A DNA stretch of 49,067 nucleotides, taken from a virus. Positions within the stretch are counted from its first letter, which is position 1. The number at the start of each line of letters is the position of its first letter. Under the pieces are notes generated by a model. That model did not search any database. It was given only the letters and a program-made list of their open reading frames with translations, and was not told where the DNA came from. A program made the translations under genes and the position numbers. Where the stretch lies: the IMG/VR virus record IMGVR_UViG_3300027908_000009, positions 1-49,067 of that record; one strand, written 5' to 3'. This document shows, one piece after another, positions 16,374 to 23,589 of the stretch.

Positions 16374-16562
16374 ATGACCCGCGCCGAATGGATTGAGTTC
16401 ACCGCGCGCCGCTACCAATCCGGCGAACTAGGCTGGGGACCAATGCCTTATGAGCAGGCTAGGCTTCATGCAATAGGGATTGCGGCTACGCATTTCCCGA
16501 CTGAGCCGATGACGGATCGGGAGTTTTATGCGGATGAAAGCGAGAACGGTGTTTTCTCATGA
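16374..16562 (+). CDS. Hypothetical early protein
   Basis: RBS GGGAGGAAG lies before the ATG. It is the first gene of the plus arm. Confidence 0.6.
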   Translation: MTRAEWIEFTARRYQSGELGWGPMPYEQARLHAIGIAATHFPTEPMTDREFYADESENGVFS

Positions 16563-16906
16563 CACGGGCCGTCAATCCCGACTACTGGCGCACTCGCCTT
16601 GAAGCAAAAAAAGCCAAGCATCAGAACTGCGAATACGAAAGCCAAATGCTGATAAATGCCACTACACTGCGTTTACAGCGTGAAATCAGAAGCCGAGAAA
16701 AGGGATATAAAAGGATGGCAGAACAAAAAACCGTTGCTGAGCTTGCAGCTCAGGATTTCGATGCCTGGGAGCGAGTCAGAGCCATGGAAATGGCGAACAC
16801 GCCCGACAAATACGAAGATCGTAAAAATGCTTTTATAGCTCTGGCGGAAGCGCGCGCTATTGCTCTTGAAACACGCCGCAAATTAAACGAACGAACTGGA
16901 ACCTGA
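16559..16906 (+). CDS. Hypothetical early protein
   Basis: 115 aa with an ATGA overlap with the upstream gene. Confidence 0.55.
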   Translation: MTRAVNPDYWRTRLEAKKAKHQNCEYESQMLINATTLRLQREIRSREKGYKRMAEQKTVAELAAQDFDAWERVRAMEMANTPDKYEDRKNAFIALAEARAIALETRRKLNERTGT

Positions 16907-16907
16907 T

Positions 16908-17165
16908 ATGAGCCGCACTGAAACCACGCGCGAATATTTGGAACTAATCCACCATCATGTTGCGCGGATTGACGGCGCTATCAAAAATGCGCTGCACAAG
17001 ATCGGCGATGACAATGGATGGCACCCCGGCGCGCTCGAAATGATCTTCCTGCGCAATGACATTCGGTCGCTCCGGGAGTTTGCTGATCATATGGAAGCCA
17101 AACTACAGTCACTGACGACCAACAAAGAGGAAGCTACCAATGCTAATCTCGCAAGCGTTTCCTAG
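16908..17165 (+). CDS. Hypothetical early protein
   Basis: 85-aa ORF. Confidence 0.5.
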   Translation: MSRTETTREYLELIHHHVARIDGAIKNALHKIGDDNGWHPGALEMIFLRNDIRSLREFADHMEAKLQSLTTNKEEATNANLASVS

Positions 17166-17550
17166 CGAATATCTCCGCGCCGCCGATCTACAGGGCCGAA
17201 ATATCCGCGTCACGATTTCTCACGTCGAAATGCGCGATGTGGGCGACGACACCAAGCCTGTCCTGTTTTTCCAGGGCAAGGAAAAAGGCGTTGTGATGAA
17301 CAAGACTAACAGCAACAATATCGCCGCTGCCTACGGCGACGACACGGACGGCTGGGGCGGCAAAGAAGTGGTGCTGTACGAGGCCATGGTGGACTTCCAG
17401 GGCCGCTCCGTTGCGGCTATTCGCATTCGTCCTCCGATGGCAAAGGACGGCCCTAGCCGCGCACAGCCGCAGCAACAGGCACGTCCAGTACCGCGCCAAG
17501 TTGATCCTGATCCAATGCCAGACAACATGAACGATCCGATTCCGTTCTGA
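17140..17550 (+). CDS. Putative ssDNA-binding-like protein with an SSB-type C-terminal tip
   Basis: A globular domain of about 100 aa is followed by a Pro/Gln-rich linker and the terminal MNDPIPF (compare E. coli SSB ...DDDIPF). RBS is GAGGAAG. Confidence 0.5.
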   Translation: MLISQAFPSEYLRAADLQGRNIRVTISHVEMRDVGDDTKPVLFFQGKEKGVVMNKTNSNNIAAAYGDDTDGWGGKEVVLYEAMVDFQGRSVAAIRIRPPMAKDGPSRAQPQQQARPVPRQVDPDPMPDNMNDPIPF

Positions 17551-17552
17551 AC

Positions 17553-18038
17553 ATGAAAAATCCAGCCGCTATAGCCGCACAGCTTGTAGACATCCGCAAT
17601 GTCGGTGCCCACAAGTCTTTGAAACTCACCATCCATGTTCCTGTGGAGCAAGCTCATTTGGTGACAGCAGCATTCGGCTGGCCGACTATGGTTGATCCCG
17701 TTCCTATCGCTATCGCGAGATTGAAACAGCAACAGGAGGAAACAAAGACTGTCACGGAGAAGCCCGCGCCGGCTACCCCAGCGGCGCGGGCACCTAAAAG
17801 CCCGCTTGTTACACGCGCTGCAATACTCAGTAATAACCCGCTATTCTGGAAATATCTCGGTGAGAAAGAGGGCAAGCTAGTAGGAAAAGACGGCGCGGGC
17901 ATGTACATTAGGGAATGGTGCAAGGTGAAATCGCGTAAGGATATTCTGCCAGGAACGGAAGCAGCCTTGCGGCTGGATTTGTTGCAGACTGACTTTGTGT
18001 GCTGGCGAGACAAAGATCAATTCGTGGAAGCCTCATGA
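17553..18038 (+). CDS. Hypothetical early protein
   Basis: 161-aa ORF. Confidence 0.5.
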   Translation: MKNPAAIAAQLVDIRNVGAHKSLKLTIHVPVEQAHLVTAAFGWPTMVDPVPIAIARLKQQQEETKTVTEKPAPATPAARAPKSPLVTRAAILSNNPLFWKYLGEKEGKLVGKDGAGMYIREWCKVKSRKDILPGTEAALRLDLLQTDFVCWRDKDQFVEAS

Positions 18039-18367
18039 AAACCCCACGCAAGCACGATGAAGCCCACCTGTCTTTCGTCAGACTTTTGCCGTGCTGCATC
18101 TGCGGCGATGCAACGATGACCGAGGCCGCTCATGTGCGCTACGGAGAGCCACGCGCCGGTAAGCGCCCCACGGGAATGGGCGAAAAGCCCTCAGATTGCT
18201 GGACAATTCCTCTGTGCAATAAGCATCACAGAGAACAGCACGAGTTTGGCAACGAACGTCTATGGTGGATGAAGCAAAGCCGAGACCCAATCTTCATTGC
18301 GCTCGCGCTTTATAATGTGACCGGAAACCATGAACGTGGTGTTCAAATAATCGAGGCGACGTTATGA
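18035..18367 (+). CDS. Ref/DUF968-like HNH nuclease
   Basis: HLSFVRLLPCCICGD...AAHVRYG...GMGEKPSDCWTIPLCNKHHREQHEFG is the Zn-ribbon HNH pattern of the P1 Ref/DUF968 family. The ATGA start is coupled to the upstream stop. Confidence 0.65.
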   Translation: MKTPRKHDEAHLSFVRLLPCCICGDATMTEAAHVRYGEPRAGKRPTGMGEKPSDCWTIPLCNKHHREQHEFGNERLWWMKQSRDPIFIALALYNVTGNHERGVQIIEATL

Positions 18368-18843
18368 GTTTCCCAACCTGGACAGATGAACAAGTAGAGC
18401 GCCTGCGTGATTTATGCGGTAGCCCCGAATGCGGAACATCCGCATGGATAGCTCGGCAGATAAACGGTGAATTTGGCACCACATACACACGCAATGCCAT
18501 CATCGGAAAGATGGGGCGATGTGAGATAGTCCCGCCGCGCCTAGTCTCGGCGACAAAAGAAAAGAAAATCAGGACCAAAAGATCAACCCGTTCCGTATTC
18601 AACTTTGCCAAGCCAGACGCGCCCGTAGTTGATGATAGTCCGGCGATCATGCCAACAGAGTTTCCGCACAAGTGCAGTCTGCTAGAGTTGACCAATGAAT
18701 CGTGCCGTTTTCCGGTGGGCGATCCATTAACGTCTGACTTTTTCTTTTGCGGTCAGCCAGAAGCTGATCTACTGAAACAGGTGCCTTACTGCAGGGCGCA
18801 TTCGAGAGTGGCAGTGACGCATCGCGTAGTATCGACAGGTTAG
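18364..18843 (+). CDS. gcrA: GcrA-like cell-cycle transcription regulator
   Basis: N-terminus WTDEQVERLRDL...SAWIARQI...TRNAIIGKMGR and C-terminus LLELTNESCRFPVGDP...FFFCG...PYCRAHS match the GcrA N- and C-terminal signatures. Confidence 0.8.
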   Translation: MSFPTWTDEQVERLRDLCGSPECGTSAWIARQINGEFGTTYTRNAIIGKMGRCEIVPPRLVSATKEKKIRTKRSTRSVFNFAKPDAPVVDDSPAIMPTEFPHKCSLLELTNESCRFPVGDPLTSDFFFCGQPEADLLKQVPYCRAHSRVAVTHRVVSTG

Positions 18844-18856
18844 CAGGGAGATTCCG

Positions 18857-19135
18857 ATGGCTAAGAATGATCCACGTTCAGTGCAGTCATTAGTTCGCTG
18901 GCTGCGGGCAAAGCCCAAAGAAAAGCGTTATCACTATTTTGACGCCAAAGATTGTCTTGGGGCGCAATATTGCCGCGCGCATGGTCTGATCTACTCCATC
19001 CCCCACGATATGCCCGACAACAACAAAATGCCGCGTAAAAAGGATAGCTTTGAAATCAAGCTCGAATGGGCGGCGCAGGCTGACGAAATGACGTTTGGGG
19101 CCGCCTTAAAGCGCGCCAGGAAATTGGCTGCGTAA
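18857..19135 (+). CDS. Hypothetical early protein
   Basis: 92-aa ORF with RBS GGGAG upstream. Confidence 0.5.
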   Translation: MAKNDPRSVQSLVRWLRAKPKEKRYHYFDAKDCLGAQYCRAHGLIYSIPHDMPDNNKMPRKKDSFEIKLEWAAQADEMTFGAALKRARKLAA

Positions 19136-19182
19136 TCCGACAAACAACAAGTATGTCGCCAACTTAGAGGTAGGAGGACGCC

Positions 19183-19401
19183 GTGCGCGACAAGCCGAAA
19201 ATCATCACCAGCAACGTCTATCCCCCCATACCCAATCGGCAATTCGATTGGTCCGCAGTGCGCGACGGATACGAGCCTGGCGCGTTGATCGGCTGGGGCA
19301 CGACAGAGGCCCAGGCGATTGAGGACCTTCTTGCGGCAGAGGACGACGAGGAAGGATTCAAGAATGTTCGGTCGGTGGAATCCTATTTGGTGGCGGAATG
19401 A
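19183..19401 (+). CDS. Hypothetical early protein (GTG start)
   Basis: RBS GGAGGA lies 4 nt before the GTG. Confidence 0.5.
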   Translation: MRDKPKIITSNVYPPIPNRQFDWSAVRDGYEPGALIGWGTTEAQAIEDLLAAEDDEEGFKNVRSVESYLVAE

Positions 19402-19610
19402 GCCGAGTTGAGACTATAGGCAACGCCGCGCTGTACCTCGGGGATAGCCGAGATATTGAGGAGAAAGCAAATGCTGCTGAAAATGATGGTTTTGACAGTT
19501 TTACTGATCTGCCCTTCTTTAACTGCGAAGGCGGACTGTACTTGCATCAAAAATGTAGATGGCAAGTGCCTGACCTTTGGCCGGGGCGTTTATCCGTGGC
19601 GCCAGTTTGA
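19398..19610 (+). pseudogene. Possible decayed 5' remnant of an N6/N4 DNA methyltransferase
   Basis: MSRVETIGNAALYLGDSRDI...DGFDSFTDLPFFN resembles the MTase N-terminus (..LGDC.E.L...vDlivTDPPY.N) with the catalytic DPPY degraded. It stops after 70 aa. The ATGA start is coupled. Confidence 0.3.
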
Positions 19611-19779
19611 TGAATACACCAATGGACCGCATTGCGTCACCGGCTGCTGGCCCGGCTACAGCGATGATTACGGCTATAGTGAGCAGACAAAGCTAGAAAT
19701 GGCCGAGTGTCGGATTGACTGGAAACGACTGCGGCACGATCTAGACCGAGACGGTTTTCCTGAGTGGCAATGGCAGTGA
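19471..19779 (+). CDS. Secreted cysteine-rich protein with a signal peptide
   Basis: GAGGAG-N7-ATG. MLLKMMVLTVLLICPSLTAKA|DCTC. The mature part has 7 Cys. It overlaps the MTase-like remnant in another frame. Confidence 0.55.
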   Translation: MLLKMMVLTVLLICPSLTAKADCTCIKNVDGKCLTFGRGVYPWRQFDEYTNGPHCVTGCWPGYSDDYGYSEQTKLEMAECRIDWKRLRHDLDRDGFPEWQWQ

Positions 19780-19842
19780 CCACAAGATGTGGGGCTGTGT
19801 GTCTAAATCGGATAAGCATGAAGATACCAAAGAGTTCGCATT

Positions 19843-20055
19843 GTGAACAAGCCTATAGTTTTGTGCCTAGTTTGCGGTGGCGATCATAAGCCAAGTCCAG
19901 CAATCTGTGATGATGCTGGCATGGACCAACAAATCAAAAAACTCGGTGTTCGCAAATGGAATGCGCTGACTTCGAGGGCTACGACAAAGCAAAAATGTCC
20001 TAGCATGAGTTCTGGAAAGCCAATGTTAGATACCGCCCCAGAAGTTGGCGACTAA
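19843..20055 (+). CDS. Hypothetical protein (GTG start, CxxC motif)
   Basis: 70-aa ORF. Confidence 0.4.
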   Translation: MNKPIVLCLVCGGDHKPSPAICDDAGMDQQIKKLGVRKWNALTSRATTKQKCPSMSSGKPMLDTAPEVGD

Positions 20056-20079
20056 CTTCTGCAATGTCGGAAACTTGAA

Positions 20080-20490
20080 ATGTACAAGGTTGCCTCAGAC
20101 AAACGCCAAAGCGCCCTCCACCGGGGACGGCTTTCCGATTGGGCTAATGGCGAGCAATATCTGACGGCAGAACAGCGCCTCGAACAAATGAGGGAAGGCT
20201 GGCGCATTTTGCAAGAGCGCTGCAATGCGGCAACCGGCGAAGAAAAGAAACGCATCGGCCTCGAAATGCTGGCCCTGCAAAATCAATTGAGGGAAGCCAA
20301 GAAAGCGCTCGGCTTAATTGGCCACATCGCGAAGCGCGGATGGCAGGACGTATTTAGGGACATGTGCAAAGAAATGCTCCCTAAGGTGCAATACGAATTG
20401 ATCGTCAAGGCCACTCACCGAGAGGTCGCTAGGCTTGAGGCCGCCGCGAACGAAGCTGGCGAGCGCGCCTTTGGCGAAAAATCCGAGTAA
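20080..20490 (+). CDS. Hypothetical coiled-coil protein
   Basis: 136-aa ORF. Confidence 0.5.
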   Translation: MYKVASDKRQSALHRGRLSDWANGEQYLTAEQRLEQMREGWRILQERCNAATGEEKKRIGLEMLALQNQLREAKKALGLIGHIAKRGWQDVFRDMCKEMLPKVQYELIVKATHREVARLEAAANEAGERAFGEKSE

Positions 20491-20522
20491 CTGAGGTTAT
20501 GTAGGGACGGGAAAAATAGGTA

Positions 20523-20550
20523 TTGACAAAGGATTTTATTGTCCTACATT
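20523..20550 (+). promoter_or_regulatory. Sigma70-like promoter bracketed by an imperfect inverted repeat
   Basis: TTGACA (20523-28), 16-nt spacer, TACATT (20545-50). The inverted repeat is atgtagg(g)ac 20499-20508 and gtcctacat 20541-49. Confidence 0.5.
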
Positions 20551-20788
20551 GGCCCTGGAACACAGGGAGAAACGGTAGCGGCGAAACGAGGGGAAAGCTG
20601 ACGCGAAGCCCGGCGGTCAATACCAAGTAGCGAACAGTGCCGTAGCCCCTAGGGCGATCCGGTCCCCTTCAATGGGATAGCAAACGGGAAGGCGGGATCG
20701 GGAATTGTATCGGATCGAAAGGTCGCACGAGCAGCGAACGAACTCACTGGCCAAGTCCACCCTGTGTTCCACTTAATTTGAGGAACCG
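20551..20788 (+). ncRNA. Candidate structured RNA or long 5' leader of unknown class
   Basis: The stretch is ORF-free. A 12-nt perfect long-range pairing joins 20556-67 and 20760-71. A 9-bp helix joins 20655-63 and 20709-17. There is a GAAA-capped hairpin at 20713-24 and a hairpin at 20723-37. GNRA-like and GGGA motifs are numerous. Confidence 0.45.
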
Positions 20789-20968
20789 ATGCCCAAAAAG
20801 TCTGTCGAAACTCACGTCTATATGACACCCGAAATCAAGAAGCGGCTTGAGCACTTTGCTAAGCTGAATCATCGGAGCGTCAACGGCCAGATCATGCATT
20901 ACATCCAATCCGGCGTTGAGCATGATGATTTGGTTCGGTCTGATAAAAATTATCACGCAAGTAGGTAG
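20789..20968 (+). CDS. Ribbon-helix-helix (Arc/CopG-like) DNA-binding protein, 59 aa, below the ORF-track threshold
   Basis: RBS GAGGA lies at 20780-84. MPKKSVETHVYMTPEIKKRLEHFAKLNHRSVNGQIMHYIQSG fits the RHH beta-strand plus two-helix pattern. Confidence 0.65.
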   Translation: MPKKSVETHVYMTPEIKKRLEHFAKLNHRSVNGQIMHYIQSGVEHDDLVRSDKNYHASR

Positions 20969-20971
20969 GCT

Positions 20972-21070
20972 ATGAACCTCCGCACCCTCATGTCCACCTA
21001 CCGCAGCGACCCAATATCGGGTTTCTACAAGCTCGAATATTGCACGCGGCGCTTGGAGATTAAATCATGA
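20972..21070 (+). pseudogene. 32-codon ORF, possibly an integrase N-terminal relic (weak)
   Basis: LRTLMSTYRSDPISGFYKLEYCTRR resembles an N-terminal motif (..Y..DP.S.Y..L.Y.TR..Y) that I recall from some alphaproteobacterial tyrosine recombinases. It stops after 32 aa. Confidence 0.2.
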
Positions 21071-21210
21071 CAACAATTGTGCCGTGGATAATGGTCGGCG
21101 CCAGCGGCATGTTGGCTATTGATCGAATACTTGATCGACGGCTCGGCGTTGCGATTGGCTATGTGGGCTTCTGTGCGTTTTTTCTTACACTTGCTCTCTC
21201 TGCCCATTAA
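21067..21210 (+). CDS. 47-aa membrane peptide
   Basis: The ATGA start is coupled. MTTIVPWIMVGASGMLAI...GYVGFCAFFLTLALSA. Confidence 0.4.
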   Translation: MTTIVPWIMVGASGMLAIDRILDRRLGVAIGYVGFCAFFLTLALSAH

Positions 21211-21223
21211 CTTGGCAAACGAT

Positions 21224-21427
21224 ATGACCGCCCTCACCCCCGACAAAATCCCAACCGACGCCCCGTCATTTCGGAAATGGGCCGATGCCGCCTGCCCGCA
21301 ATGGCCGGGAGAACTGCAAGTCCTCGCCTATCGCGCTTGGCAATGGCTGGAAGGCATGAAGTTTAGGACGGCTGCGGACCATGAGGCGTTTATGGCGGGG
21401 TACAGGAAATTTACGGGAGCGGTGTGA
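21224..21427 (+). CDS. Hypothetical protein, paralogue A of a tandem pair
   Basis: It shares FRKWADAACPQWPGELQVLAYRAW with the next gene. Confidence 0.5.
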   Translation: MTALTPDKIPTDAPSFRKWADAACPQWPGELQVLAYRAWQWLEGMKFRTAADHEAFMAGYRKFTGAV

Positions 21428-21828
21428 TGGTCCAGGCGTTGCTGGCTCCCCCGTATCGGATGTTGCCGATGCCGCCTCAATACCAGAGGACGGCGCCTGT
21501 CGATATTCCGAAGGAGCAAGCACGTTTCAGAGCGTGGGCAGACATCGCCTGCACAGAATGGCCGGGTGACTTGATGGTGTCTGCTTATCAGGTCATCTCG
21601 GCTGAAATGATAAAGTATCAGCCCGGTGCGGAAGAAGCGCGCAGCGTGTTTGGAAGGGCCTACAAAATTTGGTGGGATTTGTCCGAACAGGAAAAAGATT
21701 TGGTAATTACCGAGGATCAGGTCCAGTCGCGAGCGCGCGAACATTGGCGCGTAATGGCAAGACAAATCAGCCTTGGCGCACACTTTGAGAACCACAAAGG
21801 CCGATGGCGGCTAGTGGAGCAAATCTAA
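21427..21828 (+). CDS. Hypothetical protein, paralogue B of a tandem pair
   Basis: FRAWADIACTEWPGDLMVSAYQVI. Its ATG overlaps the upstream TGA. Confidence 0.5.
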   Translation: MVQALLAPPYRMLPMPPQYQRTAPVDIPKEQARFRAWADIACTEWPGDLMVSAYQVISAEMIKYQPGAEEARSVFGRAYKIWWDLSEQEKDLVITEDQVQSRAREHWRVMARQISLGAHFENHKGRWRLVEQI

Positions 21829-21901
21829 TGTTTGCCAGCCGGGAGAACACCCATACCGTGCAGCGGATGCGGATGGAAAAGAGCAATGGGAAGGTGGCGT
21901 G

Positions 21902-22084
21902 ATGAAAAGATGGCAGCGAATGACTATCGAAATAACGATCATGATGGCTGGATGTACAATTGCCGTTTCAGCCGATCATGCGTTTGGAACTTGCCTGCCA
22001 GCCGCTTTATTTGGTTACGCGTGGGGCGTAACCGCAATTCCGCGCTTACGATGGATTGACACTGGAACGTGGCAATTCGGCTGA
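21902..22084 (+). CDS. Small membrane protein
   Basis: It is preceded by a coupled 24-codon micro-ORF (21828-21902). The hydrophobic core is ITIMMAGCTIAV...LFGYAWGVTAI. Confidence 0.4.
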   Translation: MKRWQRMTIEITIMMAGCTIAVSADHAFGTCLPAALFGYAWGVTAIPRLRWIDTGTWQFG

Positions 22085-22120
22085 TGCGTCGTTAGTGCCT
22101 TTTTGCAACGGAGAGAACCA

Positions 22121-22453
22121 ATGGCAGGCTACCCGGTAATTCTAGGCGGCGATCACGCTGCGTTTGAGCAGGAATGGGCGGCAAGCGGCAAGCCCGATAC
22201 TGAGCGCCCGGACTGGCCTTTGCCGTCCTTCGATGCTCGCGATTGGGCGCGGGCTTTTTGCGACGTGGTTATCGAGAAGGGATTTCGACCCGAGCAGCCC
22301 GAGGATGAGGGTTGGATAATTAGCTGGTTCGCCAACGCCCTTATGCGCGGATACGACGAACATGCCTCTCGCGTTGCCGCGCTGAATCTCGATCCGCGCT
22401 GTGAGCGCGGTTGCACTTTGCGCAAGGTCAATGCGACGCTTCGCAACAAATAG
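22121..22453 (+). CDS. Hypothetical protein
   Basis: RBS GGAGAG lies before ATG 22121. Confidence 0.5.
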   Translation: MAGYPVILGGDHAAFEQEWAASGKPDTERPDWPLPSFDARDWARAFCDVVIEKGFRPEQPEDEGWIISWFANALMRGYDEHASRVAALNLDPRCERGCTLRKVNATLRNK

Positions 22454-22476
22454 GCACATACACGGGGTTAGCATCT

Positions 22477-22596
22477 ATGTCGATAAAGCCGCTCTTTGCT
22501 TGGTACGATCTTTGGGTAGGAATTTTTTGGGACCGCAAATCTCGGAAGCTCTATATCCTACCAATCCCCTGTTTTGGAGTGGTGATCCAGCTATGA
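22477..22596 (+). CDS. Small conserved phage protein (WYDLWVGIFWDRK motif)
   Basis: MSIKPLFAWYDLWVGIFWDRKSRKLYILPIP is a motif recalled from many phage genomes. Its function is unknown. Confidence 0.45.
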   Translation: MSIKPLFAWYDLWVGIFWDRKSRKLYILPIPCFGVVIQL

Positions 22597-22766
22597 CCCA
22601 TTACACCTTCACATGCTGCAATGATGGCACGCGACTCACCGCAGCGCCGGTGGTCAGCGGCATCACGTTAGAAGATGAAACGCCGATGATCTCGTGCGAG
22701 ACCTGCACTTGCTGTTTCGACCGCGAGCGGCGAGATGAATTTGTGAAGCGTGAAAACGGGCGATAA
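22593..22766 (+). CDS. Cys-rich hypothetical protein
   Basis: The ATGA start is coupled. MTHYTFTCCNDG...CETCTCC. Confidence 0.4.
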   Translation: MTHYTFTCCNDGTRLTAAPVVSGITLEDETPMISCETCTCCFDRERRDEFVKRENGR

Positions 22767-22968
22767 CAGGACGTATGTCGTGAAAATTTTTATCACAGTG
22801 GATCAACGCTCAGATGGTGCCCTTCAGATCGGAATTGGCGACGAAAATGGTGGCTATCGCATCGCTGGCCCAAAGTACGACGGGACAGGCCGAACGCTCC
22901 TAAAGCATGAATTGACGGTGACAGACGGGGACGAGATCAAGCGTTACTTGAGAGCCATCACAGGCTAA
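22750..22968 (+). CDS. Hypothetical protein (GTG start)
   Basis: 72-aa ORF. Confidence 0.4.
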   Translation: MKTGDNRTYVVKIFITVDQRSDGALQIGIGDENGGYRIAGPKYDGTGRTLLKHELTVTDGDEIKRYLRAITG

Positions 22969-23106
22969 CCACCATGCGCGTTGTCAAGATATGGGGCTGG
23001 TTCTTATGGGCAAACGGCGAAAAGACGTTCGGATATGAGATCAGGGGCGAGACTGCCCTGTTGATCTGGAAATAGGCACTAACCGCCGAACAGACGGAGA
23101 CTGAAA

Positions 23107-23358
23107 ATGGACAAAGACTATATTAAAGCCCTCGTTGATCGTTTCTTGGCGTGGCCTCTGCCGAAATCGGTGGCCAGCGATCAGTGCGTCACTAACCCGA
23201 ATTATGAACATTCAAGATCGGGAACAAACTTGCTCACCGCAGACGAGGCGCGGCAGATGATTGAGCATCTTCTTGCTGAGCAGCCCGTCATTTGCCTTGC
23301 GTGCGGAAAGCCCGCGGTGGGCATCTGCGAAAAGACTGAGGGATTTCATCGCCGGTAA
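23107..23358 (+). CDS. Hypothetical protein
   Basis: RBS GGAGA lies before the ATG. 83 aa. Confidence 0.5.
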   Translation: MDKDYIKALVDRFLAWPLPKSVASDQCVTNPNYEHSRSGTNLLTADEARQMIEHLLAEQPVICLACGKPAVGICEKTEGFHRR

Positions 23359-23391
23359 TTACCGGCTGACCCGTCCAAAGCAGGTGACACG

Positions 23392-23580
23392 ATGAAGCAT
23401 TGGAGCAAATGGACTGAGGCCGACTGCAAGGCAATCTATGATGCTCTACATTGGGAGCCAGCAATAACACCGGAGCGAGCAAAGCAACTCAACGGCTTTG
23501 GGTCCATTCTACCTCCCGAAGAATTATTCAAGATAGGGTGGCTCACGGCTCTAAGCGACGTGCGCCGCGCTAATCAGTAG
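23392..23580 (+). CDS. Hypothetical protein
   Basis: 62-aa ORF. Confidence 0.45.
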   Translation: MKHWSKWTEADCKAIYDALHWEPAITPERAKQLNGFGSILPPEELFKIGWLTALSDVRRANQ

Positions 23581-23589
23581 AGAACAGCC

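Noticed and set aside
20551-20788. Assignment of the structured region to a known class (c-di-GMP-II, cobalamin, ZTP, hammerhead, tRNA/tmRNA-like attP, or CsrA-sponge sRNA).
   Set aside because: Only short chance resemblances are present (acgcgaagcc-cggc, CUGAcGc, repeated GGGA). The core consensus elements I remember for these classes are missing. CsrA is generally not expected in Alphaproteobacteria. The region is left as unknown class.
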